Shown here piece after piece: positions 18,515-27,243 of a DNA stretch of 28,578 nt. The notes under the pieces were generated by a model. It searched no databases and was not told the origin of the DNA. It worked only from the letters and a program-made list of their open reading frames with translations. Every line of letters starts with the position of its first letter. Position 1 is the stretch's first letter. The position numbers were made by a program, and so were the translations under genes. Origin of the DNA: Bdellovibrionales bacterium (GTDB lineage Bacteria; Bdellovibrionota; Bdellovibrionia; Bdellovibrionales; UBA1609); assembly GCA_050246815.1 (NCBI GenBank), contig JBFWVI010000029.1, positions 1 through 28,578 of the forward strand. Reading direction: 5' to 3'.

Positions 18515-19783
18515 ATGGACAAAAAGGCGATTCAAATTCGGTATTTGACCATTCTTTTGACGGTTGTCTGCCTTGTTTTGTCACGACCAGGGCGGGCCAG
18601 CCCCATCGAGCAATTGCCAACCATCGCCGCGTTGCCAATCATTCGATTGGTGATTGATAATTCGCCAGGTGCCGGCCATCAGGCCGCTTCGGCAATGGTT
18701 TATCAGCGTTTGCGGGAGCTGGGTTATCAAGGACAAGTCGAAGTCCTCTACGCGGCTGCCACCAAAGAACGACTTGGCTTTTTGTTTCCATTTTTCAATT
18801 CCGAAGGAGCAGATGATCAGAACTTGCCCGACTTGAAGCTGCGCTTTGTCTCGATGGATTATTTTCAAGCGGCCCCTGAGCGCTTTACGTCTGTTCCTTT
18901 GGCACTGGCAGGCGCAAGTGATCATCCGCACACTTCGCCGGCCCATTATCGTGCGGCAATGCTTTTAATGGTGCAACCTTGGAAGTGGGTCTATCCGCCA
19001 AGTTTGACGATTGAAGCCGCAGACGTTCCCCGACGGACCCAAATCCTCGATTCAATTAAGAATCGGCCGTTGATTCAAAATCTGCCATCTCTTGAAGTCA
19101 GAGAATCGTTTTGGTCGGGACAAACGGGATTTAACTTGGATTTAAGTGCGAAGCTGCCAGCACTTCGAGCAATGGCCGAAGCCGTACCGCGCGCGGAGCT
19201 GGCGCCAGCTTATGGTCACTTTATGGAAAGTGGGCAAGCGTTGCTGTATGCAGTGGGCTTTTTGGCGGCCCATCAGCGCGAGCCCACATTGTTCGATCGA
19301 GGCATGGTGATGCCGGTTTTTAACTATTTGGACAGTTACGAACAAGTTCGTGTCGCCCAAAAATTGGAAAAAAGCCCCCATCTGCGGGGTCGGGTTGACG
19401 TGTTGTCGGTTTCAAACCCGGCCTGGATCGAACGATTAAAGAATTTAGGCCCTGGTCAGGTTTTGATCGTGCAAGTCGGTCCGGCCCCCAAGGCGATCTA
19501 TGAGTATTTGCATCTCATGGCCACGTTGCCACCGGTTGTTGAAGGGCGTAACAGCATGAATCTGATGCACTTGATCGGCAAAGCTTATTTGCCCAGCAAT
19601 GTTGCTGAAAATTATCTGCTTTCGTTGCGGTTACCGCAAGTGGCTGCGCTTGCAGTCGATGCGCTGACTCCGGACAGTTATGATTTTTTGCCACCCGCAC
19701 TTGATTCGCGACGTGCACAGCACCTGGCTGATTTTTTTATTGAGTCGCGTCGGCCAGAGTCCAAGCTGAATCGTTTTTTTTAA
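18515..19783 (+). CDS. Hypothetical secreted protein, possible GT-B glycosyltransferase fold; probably frameshifted at T8 (extension to 19940)
   Basis: Signal peptide MDKKAIQIRYLTILLTVVCLVLSRPGRA; VIDNSPGAGHQ and PPVVEGRNS..GKAYL segments. Stop TAA begins on the last T of an 8-T run (19774-19781). Confidence 0.65.
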   Translation: MDKKAIQIRYLTILLTVVCLVLSRPGRASPIEQLPTIAALPIIRLVIDNSPGAGHQAASAMVYQRLRELGYQGQVEVLYAAATKERLGFLFPFFNSEGADDQNLPDLKLRFVSMDYFQAAPERFTSVPLALAGASDHPHTSPAHYRAAMLLMVQPWKWVYPPSLTIEAADVPRRTQILDSIKNRPLIQNLPSLEVRESFWSGQTGFNLDLSAKLPALRAMAEAVPRAELAPAYGHFMESGQALLYAVGFLAAHQREPTLFDRGMVMPVFNYLDSYEQVRVAQKLEKSPHLRGRVDVLSVSNPAWIERLKNLGPGQVLIVQVGPAPKAIYEYLHLMATLPPVVEGRNSMNLMHLIGKAYLPSNVAENYLLSLRLPQVAALAVDALTPDSYDFLPPALDSRRAQHLADFFIESRRPESKLNRFF

Positions 19784-19923
19784 CCGCCACAAAATCGACG
19801 CCGGATTTCTTGAAAACGACAAAATTTATTCAAGCCTTTCGATTGCTGAGCGTGAGATGGGCGCGCTTGGTGCCAAGCTTTTTTCATGCGATGCTCTTTT
19901 GGACGATGAGCCGCTGCCGTTTT

Positions 19924-20253
19924 TCAAAAGCGCTCGTTAGATCTTTGGGTCAGAATGATTCCGCCGGCCACGCTGCTCACTAAAATCAGCCCCAGACTCA
20001 TAAGGTAAAACCAAATCATCTTGTCTTTGAACTGCAGCAAGACCTCTTGCAGAGCCATAGCGGACTTAGGTTCTATCAGGAGCAGCTTGGCGTTCACTTC
20101 GTCGATCAGCCAAGCGTCCACAAAGTAGACCGGCATAAGCGCCAAAACCCCAACTGCGGTGGCAAACAGCACAAATTTGTAGTGCACCCGAGGAATCAAA
20201 CTGACGCTACGCTCAAATGGTTTTCTCTCGCCGACGGGTTGGGCCACAATCAC
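19924..20253 (-). CDS. Small two-TM membrane protein
   Basis: Two clear hydrophobic segments (FVLFATAVGVLALMPVYFV; MIWFYLMSLGLILVSSVAGGIIL). GTG start with a closely spaced GGAG. Confidence 0.65.
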   Translation of the reverse strand: MIVAQPVGERKPFERSVSLIPRVHYKFVLFATAVGVLALMPVYFVDAWLIDEVNAKLLLIEPKSAMALQEVLLQFKDKMIWFYLMSLGLILVSSVAGGIILTQRSNERF

Positions 20254-20334
20254 TCTCCGTAATCACTCGAGTTTTGCTGATTTCCAGAGTGATGTCGTGA
20301 ATTATTTGCACACCTTACTATGGAGAAATGCCAT

Positions 20335-20363
20335 TTGATAAGTCGTGTCAAGAGTGGTATAAA
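20335..20363 (+). promoter_or_regulatory. Near-consensus sigma70 promoter of carD
   Basis: TTGATA (20335-20340), 17 nt, TATAAA (20358-20363) with extended -10 TG at 20355-20356. Confidence 0.65.
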
Positions 20364-20438
20364 ATTAAGCACTTTTCAGCTCAAACTCTCTTGAGCGTAA
20401 CGTAGTGACATAGCCGATTGAGTTCGGGGGTTATGGGC

Positions 20439-20930
20439 ATGATAGTTTCTTTCAATGTCGGTGATAACGCAGTTTATCCCGGATATGGTGTTGGTCAAAT
20501 CACTGCAATTGAAACCAAAGAAATCTCGGGCACCCGTCTGACTTTCTATTCTTTAAAGATTATCGACACGGGCATGAAAATCATGGTTCCCAAGCACAAC
20601 GCCGAAGCGGTGGGTTTGCGGCCTATTATTTCGCGAGGCGAAGCTTCAAAAGTCATTGAAATTCTTAAAGAAAAAGAAATTCGTGTCGATAACCAAACCT
20701 GGAACCGCCGCTATCGCGAATACATGGAAAAGATCAAAACCGGTTCGGTCTACGAGATCGCCGAAGTATTACGCGACCTGTTCTTGCTGAAAGTCGACAA
20801 AGAGTTAAGCTTTGGCGAACGCAAGATGCTGGACACCGCTCGCGGCCTGCTCTTAAAAGAGCTGTCGTTGGCCACCAGTGCGGACGAGCTCAAAAGTGAG
20901 CAAGACGTCGCCGCTATCTTCGGTCTGTAA
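20439..20930 (+). CDS. carD: CarD/CdnL-family RNA polymerase-binding transcription factor
   Basis: FNVGDNAVYPGYGVGQI, KIMVP...GLRPII, WNRRYRE (wedge Trp), KIKTGS..EIAEV and LSFGERKML. No AT-hook tail, so CdnL type. Start 20439 (GGGGG RBS) or 20433. Confidence 0.93.
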   Translation: MIVSFNVGDNAVYPGYGVGQITAIETKEISGTRLTFYSLKIIDTGMKIMVPKHNAEAVGLRPIISRGEASKVIEILKEKEIRVDNQTWNRRYREYMEKIKTGSVYEIAEVLRDLFLLKVDKELSFGERKMLDTARGLLLKELSLATSADELKSEQDVAAIFGL

Positions 20931-20980
20931 ACAGCTACTCTCTGGACTGGTTTCTTCCCTAAAAATCGGGTTATACATTG

Positions 20981-21012
20981 AGGCTTGTCCGACGACAGGC
21001 CTTTTGTTTTTT
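20981..21012 (+). terminator. Intrinsic terminator after carD
   Basis: Hairpin AGGCTTGTC-CGAC-GACAGGCCT (9 bp with one G-U pair) followed by TTTGTTTTTT. Confidence 0.65.
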
Positions 21013-21023
21013 CAGAGGTGAGT

Positions 21024-22493
21024 ATGCCAACCCCAGTTCGTGTTCGTTTTGCTCCAAGTCCCACGGGTTATCTACATGTGGGGGGTGCGCGCACGGCGCT
21101 TTACAATTATCTGCACGCCAAACATGCCGGCGGCCAATTTATCGTACGGGTCGAAGACACCGATGAGGCGCGTTCGACCGAAGAGTCCTTGCGTATGCAG
21201 ATTGGCGATTTGAAGTGGCTAGGGTTGAAGTGGGATGAAGGTCCCAATCCAGAAACCTTGGCCGATATGGGGCCCCACGGCCCCTATCGCCAAAGTCAGC
21301 GCACTAAAATCTATCAAGAGTACGCCGAAAAAATCCTGAAAGCGGGCAAGGCCTATTATTGCTTTCTGACCGATGCCGAGATTGAAGCCCAGCGGTCAGC
21401 CTCGCAGGCGGCCGGCCGCCCACCCCAGGTGGATTCGCCTTATCGCAATTGGACTTTGGCTCAAGCTCAAGAGCGGATCGCCAAGGGAGAGAAACCAGTG
21501 ATTCGCTTCAAGGTCACTGGCGAAAAGCGCGATTATTTATTGAAAGATTTGGTGCGCGGAGAAGTGCGCTTTCCTTCGGATATGGTGGGCGATTTTGTAT
21601 TGATCCGTTCAAGCGGCATGCCGGTTTACAATTTTTGCTGTGTCATCGATGACTACCTGATGAAGATCTCTCACGTGCTGCGCGCCGAAGAGCATTTAAG
21701 CAACACCCTTCGGCAAATGATGATTTACGAAGCCCTAGGGTGGCAAATTCCCGAGTTTGGTCATATGTCGATCATCTTGGGCTCGGACAAACAAAAGCTG
21801 TCCAAGCGTCATGGTGCAACCAGTTGCAATGAATATCGTTTGAACGGCTATTTGCCCGAGGCTCTCTTGAATTTTATCGCGCTTCTGGGTTGGAGTTCCC
21901 CCAAAGCTCAAGAGGTGATGACCATGCCCGAAATGATCGAGCAGTTCACCACCGACCGTTTGAACCCGGCGGCGGCTGTTTTTGACGAGCAAAAACTTGC
22001 GTGGATGAATGCCACGCACCTGCGCGCCTTGCCACACGATGAGCTTTGGCGCCGGGTCGAACCCTTTTTGACCGAAGCCGGTTTGAAGTTGCCCTTGGAC
22101 CAAGCATGGCGCGAACAGGCCTTGTCCGTGTTTAAGACCTCGATGACGACGTTGAAGGACGCAGTGGAGCTGTTTCGCCCCTTGTCGCGTGACCCGGTCA
22201 TTTTAAGCCAGGAAGGCAAAGAGACCATGATGTGGGAGACCTCGAAGGCGGTCATTAAGCGCTGGAGCGAGTTGATCTCGGCCCATTCGCGTCCGTTTTT
22301 AACGGAAGTGGAGTTCAACGACTTGCAGGAAAAAATTAAAAACGATTGCCAAGTGAAGGGCAAACACCTGTTCATGCCGATTCGTGTGGCGGTCATTGGT
22401 AAGCCCCATGGCGCCGAGTTAAAAATTTTGGTTCCCTTGCTACATAAAGATATTCTGCTTGAAAGGGCGCAGACCATGATGGTGGGCGGGTAA
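21024..22493 (+). CDS. gltX: Glutamyl-tRNA synthetase
   Basis: RFAPSPTGYLHVGG, RVEDTD, PYRQSQR and KLSKRHG motifs; full anticodon-binding domain; GAGGTG RBS before ATG 21024. Confidence 0.97.
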   Translation: MPTPVRVRFAPSPTGYLHVGGARTALYNYLHAKHAGGQFIVRVEDTDEARSTEESLRMQIGDLKWLGLKWDEGPNPETLADMGPHGPYRQSQRTKIYQEYAEKILKAGKAYYCFLTDAEIEAQRSASQAAGRPPQVDSPYRNWTLAQAQERIAKGEKPVIRFKVTGEKRDYLLKDLVRGEVRFPSDMVGDFVLIRSSGMPVYNFCCVIDDYLMKISHVLRAEEHLSNTLRQMMIYEALGWQIPEFGHMSIILGSDKQKLSKRHGATSCNEYRLNGYLPEALLNFIALLGWSSPKAQEVMTMPEMIEQFTTDRLNPAAAVFDEQKLAWMNATHLRALPHDELWRRVEPFLTEAGLKLPLDQAWREQALSVFKTSMTTLKDAVELFRPLSRDPVILSQEGKETMMWETSKAVIKRWSELISAHSRPFLTEVEFNDLQEKIKNDCQVKGKHLFMPIRVAVIGKPHGAELKILVPLLHKDILLERAQTMMVGG

Positions 22494-22496
22494 CGT

Positions 22497-23948
22497 ATGC
22501 TGATCTACAACTCCCAGACCCATAAAAAAGAAGAATTTGTTCCAGTTCATCCCGGCGAAGTGCGCATGTATGTTTGCGGCCCCACCGTTTACGACTTTTT
22601 GCACGTGGGCAACTTTCGCGGGGCCATCTTTTTTAACCTGGTTCGAAACTGGTTTGAAAAGCAGGGTTACAAAGTCACGTATGTTTACAATTACACTGAC
22701 ATCGACGACCGGATCATCAAAAAGGCCCAAGACGAAAAAGTCGATTCGTTGACGATATCCGAGCGTTACATAAAAGAGTTTCAAAAAGATTACGCCAGCA
22801 TGAAGCTGCGGCCGCAAAGCCACAATCCCAAGGTCACTGATTTTATCGATCCGATCGTGGAGTTGATCAGTGACTTGATTAAAAATGGCAAGGCTTACGT
22901 TGTCGACGGCGACGTCTATTACGATGTTCACGCCTTCACTGACTACGGCAAATTGAGCAATAAAAAACTCGAAGATCTCGAAGCCGGACATCGCATTGAC
23001 GTGGATGAGCGAAAAAAACATTCCGCCGATTTTGCTCTTTGGAAAAAATCGAAACCGGGCGAGCCTCAGTGGCCATCGCCCTGGTCGGCGGGGCGTCCGG
23101 GCTGGCATATCGAGTGCTCAGCGATGAGTCGCACTATTTTGGGCGACACGATCGACATTCACGGCGGGGGACTGGATCTGGTTTTTCCGCACCATGAGAA
23201 CGAAATCGCTCAAACCGAGGGAGCGACCGGCAAGCCGTTTGTGCGTTATTGGATGCACAACAATATGCTCAATTTTGGCAATCAGAAGATGTCAAAATCC
23301 ATCGGCAACGTGCGTACCGCGCGCTCCTTTGTGCAGCAGTACAATGCGGAAATTCTAAAATACATGATGCTTTCGGTGCATTATCGTTCGACCTCAGATT
23401 TTTCAGAAGCTGCGATCGAAACGGCGATTGGCTCGTTGGCGCGTTTTTATTCGAGTCTGGCTTGGGCCGAGCGTCTGATGCGCGAGAACGTGGCTTTAGT
23501 TCCGGTGCCAACCAAGTTTCAAGACGCGATTGATGTTGCCGACAAAGCGATCGATGAGGCTTTAAACGATGACTTCAATACACCCGAAGTGATCGCGGCC
23601 TGGTTTGAGGTTTTGCGCTTGTTTAACAACCAGTGCCGTGCCCCGGGCAAAGTTACGCCCGAGAAGAAGGCCATGGCCGAGGTGTTTTTTCATTGGCTGC
23701 GCAAACGCGCGGAGCTGATGGCTTTGCTGCAAGAGCCGCCGTTTGAATTTTTGCGTCAGTTGGATGACATGCTTTTGTCGAAAAAGGGCGTGGCCCGGGC
23801 CGAAGTGGATGCTTTGGTCGTGGCACGCACTCAGGCGCGCGCCAGCAAGGATTTCGCACAGGCTGATCAATTGCGCATGAAGCTGACCGAACTTGGCATC
23901 GCGGTTCAAGATTCTGCTTCCGGCACCGATTGGGAAGTCAGCAAATAA
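22497..23948 (+). CDS. cysS: Cysteinyl-tRNA synthetase
   Basis: [50 protein letters not shown] and DDFNTP motifs. Confidence 0.98.
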   Translation: MLIYNSQTHKKEEFVPVHPGEVRMYVCGPTVYDFLHVGNFRGAIFFNLVRNWFEKQGYKVTYVYNYTDIDDRIIKKAQDEKVDSLTISERYIKEFQKDYASMKLRPQSHNPKVTDFIDPIVELISDLIKNGKAYVVDGDVYYDVHAFTDYGKLSNKKLEDLEAGHRIDVDERKKHSADFALWKKSKPGEPQWPSPWSAGRPGWHIECSAMSRTILGDTIDIHGGGLDLVFPHHENEIAQTEGATGKPFVRYWMHNNMLNFGNQKMSKSIGNVRTARSFVQQYNAEILKYMMLSVHYRSTSDFSEAAIETAIGSLARFYSSLAWAERLMRENVALVPVPTKFQDAIDVADKAIDEALNDDFNTPEVIAAWFEVLRLFNNQCRAPGKVTPEKKAMAEVFFHWLRKRAELMALLQEPPFEFLRQLDDMLLSKKGVARAEVDALVVARTQARASKDFAQADQLRMKLTELGIAVQDSASGTDWEVSK

Positions 23949-23960
23949 GAGGGGAATTCT

Positions 23961-26090
23961 TTGGGCCAGGGTAGCGGAGCCAAATTTGAATTGGTCAGCC
24001 GGTTCAAGCCAGCAGGGGATCAGCCCAAAGCGATCCATGATCTGGTGGACAACTTTCGCCGCGGGCAAAAGCATCAGGTGCTTTTGGGTGTCACGGGTTC
24101 GGGTAAAACCTTTACCATGGCCAACACAATTCAACAGCTCAATTTGCCGACCCTGGTGCTGGCGCCAAATAAAACTTTGGCCGCCCAGCTCTTCACCGAG
24201 TTCAAAGAGCTTTTTCCGAAGAATGCGGTGGAATACTTTGTCAGCTATTACGATTATTACCAGCCCGAAGCCTATATGCCGGCCACCGATACTTACATCG
24301 AAAAAGATTCAGCGATCAACGAGCATATCGATCGTATGCGCCACTCGGCCACACGTTCATTACTGGATCGGCGCGATGTTTTGATTGTCTCAAGCGTGTC
24401 GTGCATTTACGGCTTGGGCAGCCCCGAAGCTTATGAAGGCATGATGATTCACCTGACCGCCAACAAAGAGCTACGGCGCGATCACTTTTTGCGCGAATTG
24501 GTGCGTATTCAATACTCACGCAATGATATCGATTTTCATCGAGGTACTTTTCGTGTGCGCGGCGACACGGTGGAAGTCTTTCCGCCCTATGAGGAAGACC
24601 GTGCGATTCGGATCGAATTTTTTGGCGACTTCATTGACCGCCTCTCATGGGTCGACCCTTTGCGTGGTGAAGTCTTGGGCGAACTAGATCAAATCGCCGT
24701 TTATCCCGGCAGCCACTTCGTCAACACCGAGGACCGCAACAAATTGGCGATCGAAACCATTCGTGTTGAGTTGCGTGAACGTTTAGCGCAGTTTCAAGAG
24801 CAAATTAAGCCTCTTGAAAAAGAGCGTCTTGAGCAGCGCACCTCTTATGATCTGGAAATGATCTCAGAAATGGGAACCTGTCCGGGTATCGAAAACTATT
24901 CGCGCCATTTCACCGGCCGTCAACCGGGCGAGCCACCGCCGACCTTGATTGAATACTTCCCTTCCGAATTCTTGATTTTCATCGATGAAAGCCACGTCAC
25001 TGTTCCACAGATCGGTGGGATGTATCGTGGTGATCGGGCGCGCAAGACCACTTTGGTTGATTACGGTTTTCGTCTGCCGTCGGCCTTGGACAATCGTCCC
25101 TTAAATTTTCAGGAATTCGAGGCTTTGACGGACAAGGTCGTCTATGTTTCCGCAACGCCCGCCGAATACGAGCTGAAAAAAAGCGAAGGAATGATCATCG
25201 AACAAATCATCCGCCCAACGGGTCTTTTGGATCCAGAAGTGGAAATTCGTTCGGCAAAACATCAAGTGGATGACATTTTGGGTGAAATTCGCATCCGCGC
25301 AAAAAAGAAAGAACGAGTCTTGATCACCACACTGACCAAGCGCACGGCCGAAGATCTGACAGATTATTACGAGGGTTTAGGCGTGAAGGTGAAGTACCTG
25401 CATAGTGACATCAGCACCATGGAGCGCACCGAGATCATTCGCGATCTGCGTCTAGGGATATTTGATGTATTGATCGGGATTAACCTGCTGCGAGAAGGTT
25501 TGGATATACCTGAAGTCAGTTTGGTGGCAATCACCGACGCCGACAAAGAAGGGTTTCTGCGTTCGGAGCGTTCGTTGATTCAAACGATTGGTCGCGCCGC
25601 GCGCAATGAGCAGGGCAAGGTCATTCTTTATGCTGAGACAACCACCAAATCCATGGCCAAGGCCATCAGTGAGACCAATCGCCGTCGCAAATTACAGAGC
25701 GAGTACAATCAAAAGCACGGCATCACACCCAAAAGCGTGCAGAAAAAAATCGCAGACAGCCTGACCGCGATTTATGGCCTAGACTTAAGCGAAGAGACCA
25801 AGTCAAAACGGGCGGCCAATATCAAAAACGAAAAGAACGCGGTTGTGCCAGGAGCGGTTTTAGGTCTGGTGCGTTCGAAAATTGAAAAATATCAGGCCAA
25901 CCCCGCGATGCTTCGCAAAGAGATCGAATCCCTGCGCAAGAAAATGAAGAGGGCCGCGCAAAACTTGGATTTTGAAGAGGCGGCTAAACTGCGGGATGAA
26001 GTGAAGCGACTCGAGGTGATTGAGTTGGGCCTCAACACAGATGGTGAGGTCGGTATGGCCGAAGAGGCCGTCTTTCAGGGGCAAGACTAA
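23961..26090 (+). CDS. uvrB: Excinuclease ABC subunit B
   Basis: [25 protein letters not shown] beta-hairpin, [13 protein letters not shown] and C-terminal UVR domain ([11 protein letters not shown]). TTG start with GAGGGG RBS. Confidence 0.98.
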   Translation: MGQGSGAKFELVSRFKPAGDQPKAIHDLVDNFRRGQKHQVLLGVTGSGKTFTMANTIQQLNLPTLVLAPNKTLAAQLFTEFKELFPKNAVEYFVSYYDYYQPEAYMPATDTYIEKDSAINEHIDRMRHSATRSLLDRRDVLIVSSVSCIYGLGSPEAYEGMMIHLTANKELRRDHFLRELVRIQYSRNDIDFHRGTFRVRGDTVEVFPPYEEDRAIRIEFFGDFIDRLSWVDPLRGEVLGELDQIAVYPGSHFVNTEDRNKLAIETIRVELRERLAQFQEQIKPLEKERLEQRTSYDLEMISEMGTCPGIENYSRHFTGRQPGEPPPTLIEYFPSEFLIFIDESHVTVPQIGGMYRGDRARKTTLVDYGFRLPSALDNRPLNFQEFEALTDKVVYVSATPAEYELKKSEGMIIEQIIRPTGLLDPEVEIRSAKHQVDDILGEIRIRAKKKERVLITTLTKRTAEDLTDYYEGLGVKVKYLHSDISTMERTEIIRDLRLGIFDVLIGINLLREGLDIPEVSLVAITDADKEGFLRSERSLIQTIGRAARNEQGKVILYAETTTKSMAKAISETNRRRKLQSEYNQKHGITPKSVQKKIADSLTAIYGLDLSEETKSKRAANIKNEKNAVVPGAVLGLVRSKIEKYQANPAMLRKEIESLRKKMKRAAQNLDFEEAAKLRDEVKRLEVIELGLNTDGEVGMAEEAVFQGQD

Positions 26091-26107
26091 CGTCTCACTA
26101 TGAAACG
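26091..26107. promoter_or_regulatory. Imperfect palindrome CGTCTCA-N3-TGAAACG, possible operator upstream of the cytochrome gene
   Basis: 7-bp arms with one mismatch and a 3-nt spacer, directly after the uvrB stop; no U-tract. Confidence 0.3.
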
Positions 26108-26189
26108 CTGTCGTGTGGCGGAATTGCGGTTTAGGCGCCGCCGACGTACCATATAAATACGCGAAGCTTGCGTTTGGGGTCAAATTTCT

Positions 26190-27242
26190 ATGTCTGAACA
26201 AAGACGTGGGCTGCTGATTGGCAGTTTAAGCGCTCTAATTTTAGCAACGCTGACACTTTTTCAAAACTGTGGTGGAGGCTTTGACGCCACAACGGGTTCG
26301 CTTTCAAGTCTGCAGAGTGAAGTGGCCAGTTGCGAACGCGTTCAGCCTGCGGCGATGCTTTCGCAAACCTGTCAAAAACTAGTCGATGATGGACTGCGCA
26401 GCTTTAGCAATCTGAAATTGTATGAGCCGCAGTACCCGCTCTACAGTGACAATGCAACAAAGCGCCGCTGGATCTATTTGCCGATGAACCGCCAAATCGA
26501 CACCACGGATCCCGATGGATGGATTTTTCCGCGTGGCACGATTTTGTGGAAGGAGTTTGCCTATAATGGACGACGTGTTGAAACCCGCCAGCTAGAAAAA
26601 ATTGCGGATGGTGAAGGCGTGACCACTTGGCGAACTTCGGTTTACATCTGGCGCGTGGATCAGACGGATGCGGATCTTTTGGTTGGTGACTTTTACGCTG
26701 ACTACGCGCCAGCTGATCAGGCCCGCTATGAGGCGGCGGCGGTACAGGCCAGTTATAGCATTGTGAATAGCACTCAATGCATGGCTTGTCATCAGGGCGC
26801 CCGTGACGTGGGCACGGGTTTTAGTTATTTGCAGCTGTCTCACCTGGGCACGCGGCCCGACACAACAATAAATTACTTTTCAAGCTCGGGCTTCTTCACC
26901 AACCCGCCTCGCGCCTTTGATCAAATTCCGGGAGGGCCCGCCGCGGCATCGGCCATTGGCTATATTCAGTCGAACTGTGCCACTTGCCATAACCCACGTG
27001 GCATCGCGCCGCTTGCGGCCAATTTTTTGCATTTGTCGACCAACCTGACCTTGGCGGATGAAAATATCATCAAAAATAGCGCGGGCGGAGTCAATTACGT
27101 GCTGCCCGGCAATCCTGATCAGAGCCGCGTGGTGATTCGCATGACCGCCAACACCATGCCGCCGCGCAATCGCGTGCCTTTACGAATGACCGATCAGCAA
27201 GGGTTGCAGACCCTGCGCACTTGGATTTCAGCGTTACAATAA
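26190..27242 (+). CDS. Diheme c-type cytochrome lipoprotein (resembles SO2930/HNE_0200-like family)
   Basis: Signal peptide ending FQNC; YEPQYPLYSD.ATKRRW, FPRGT..WKEF and ETR segments; two CxxCH motifs (CMACH, CATCH); C-terminal MPP distal-ligand candidate. Confidence 0.82.
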   Translation: MSEQRRGLLIGSLSALILATLTLFQNCGGGFDATTGSLSSLQSEVASCERVQPAAMLSQTCQKLVDDGLRSFSNLKLYEPQYPLYSDNATKRRWIYLPMNRQIDTTDPDGWIFPRGTILWKEFAYNGRRVETRQLEKIADGEGVTTWRTSVYIWRVDQTDADLLVGDFYADYAPADQARYEAAAVQASYSIVNSTQCMACHQGARDVGTGFSYLQLSHLGTRPDTTINYFSSSGFFTNPPRAFDQIPGGPAAASAIGYIQSNCATCHNPRGIAPLAANFLHLSTNLTLADENIIKNSAGGVNYVLPGNPDQSRVVIRMTANTMPPRNRVPLRMTDQQGLQTLRTWISALQ

Positions 27243-27243
27243 A

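Noticed and set aside
20391..20420. Sigma28 (FliA) promoter TTGAG...GCCGAT upstream of carD
   Set aside because: The -35 and spacing fit poorly, and a better sigma70 promoter lies just upstream.
20931..21023. T-box leader for gltX-cysS
   Set aside because: Only 93 nt and no T-box consensus (AAGGTGGTACC-like); just a simple terminator hairpin.
22440..23108. Long antisense ORFs (also 1820-2401, 21908-22477, 23562-24134, 11888-12403) and the alternate-frame ORF 9248-9868
   Set aside because: They lie within well-supported conserved genes and show no motifs; shadow ORFs.
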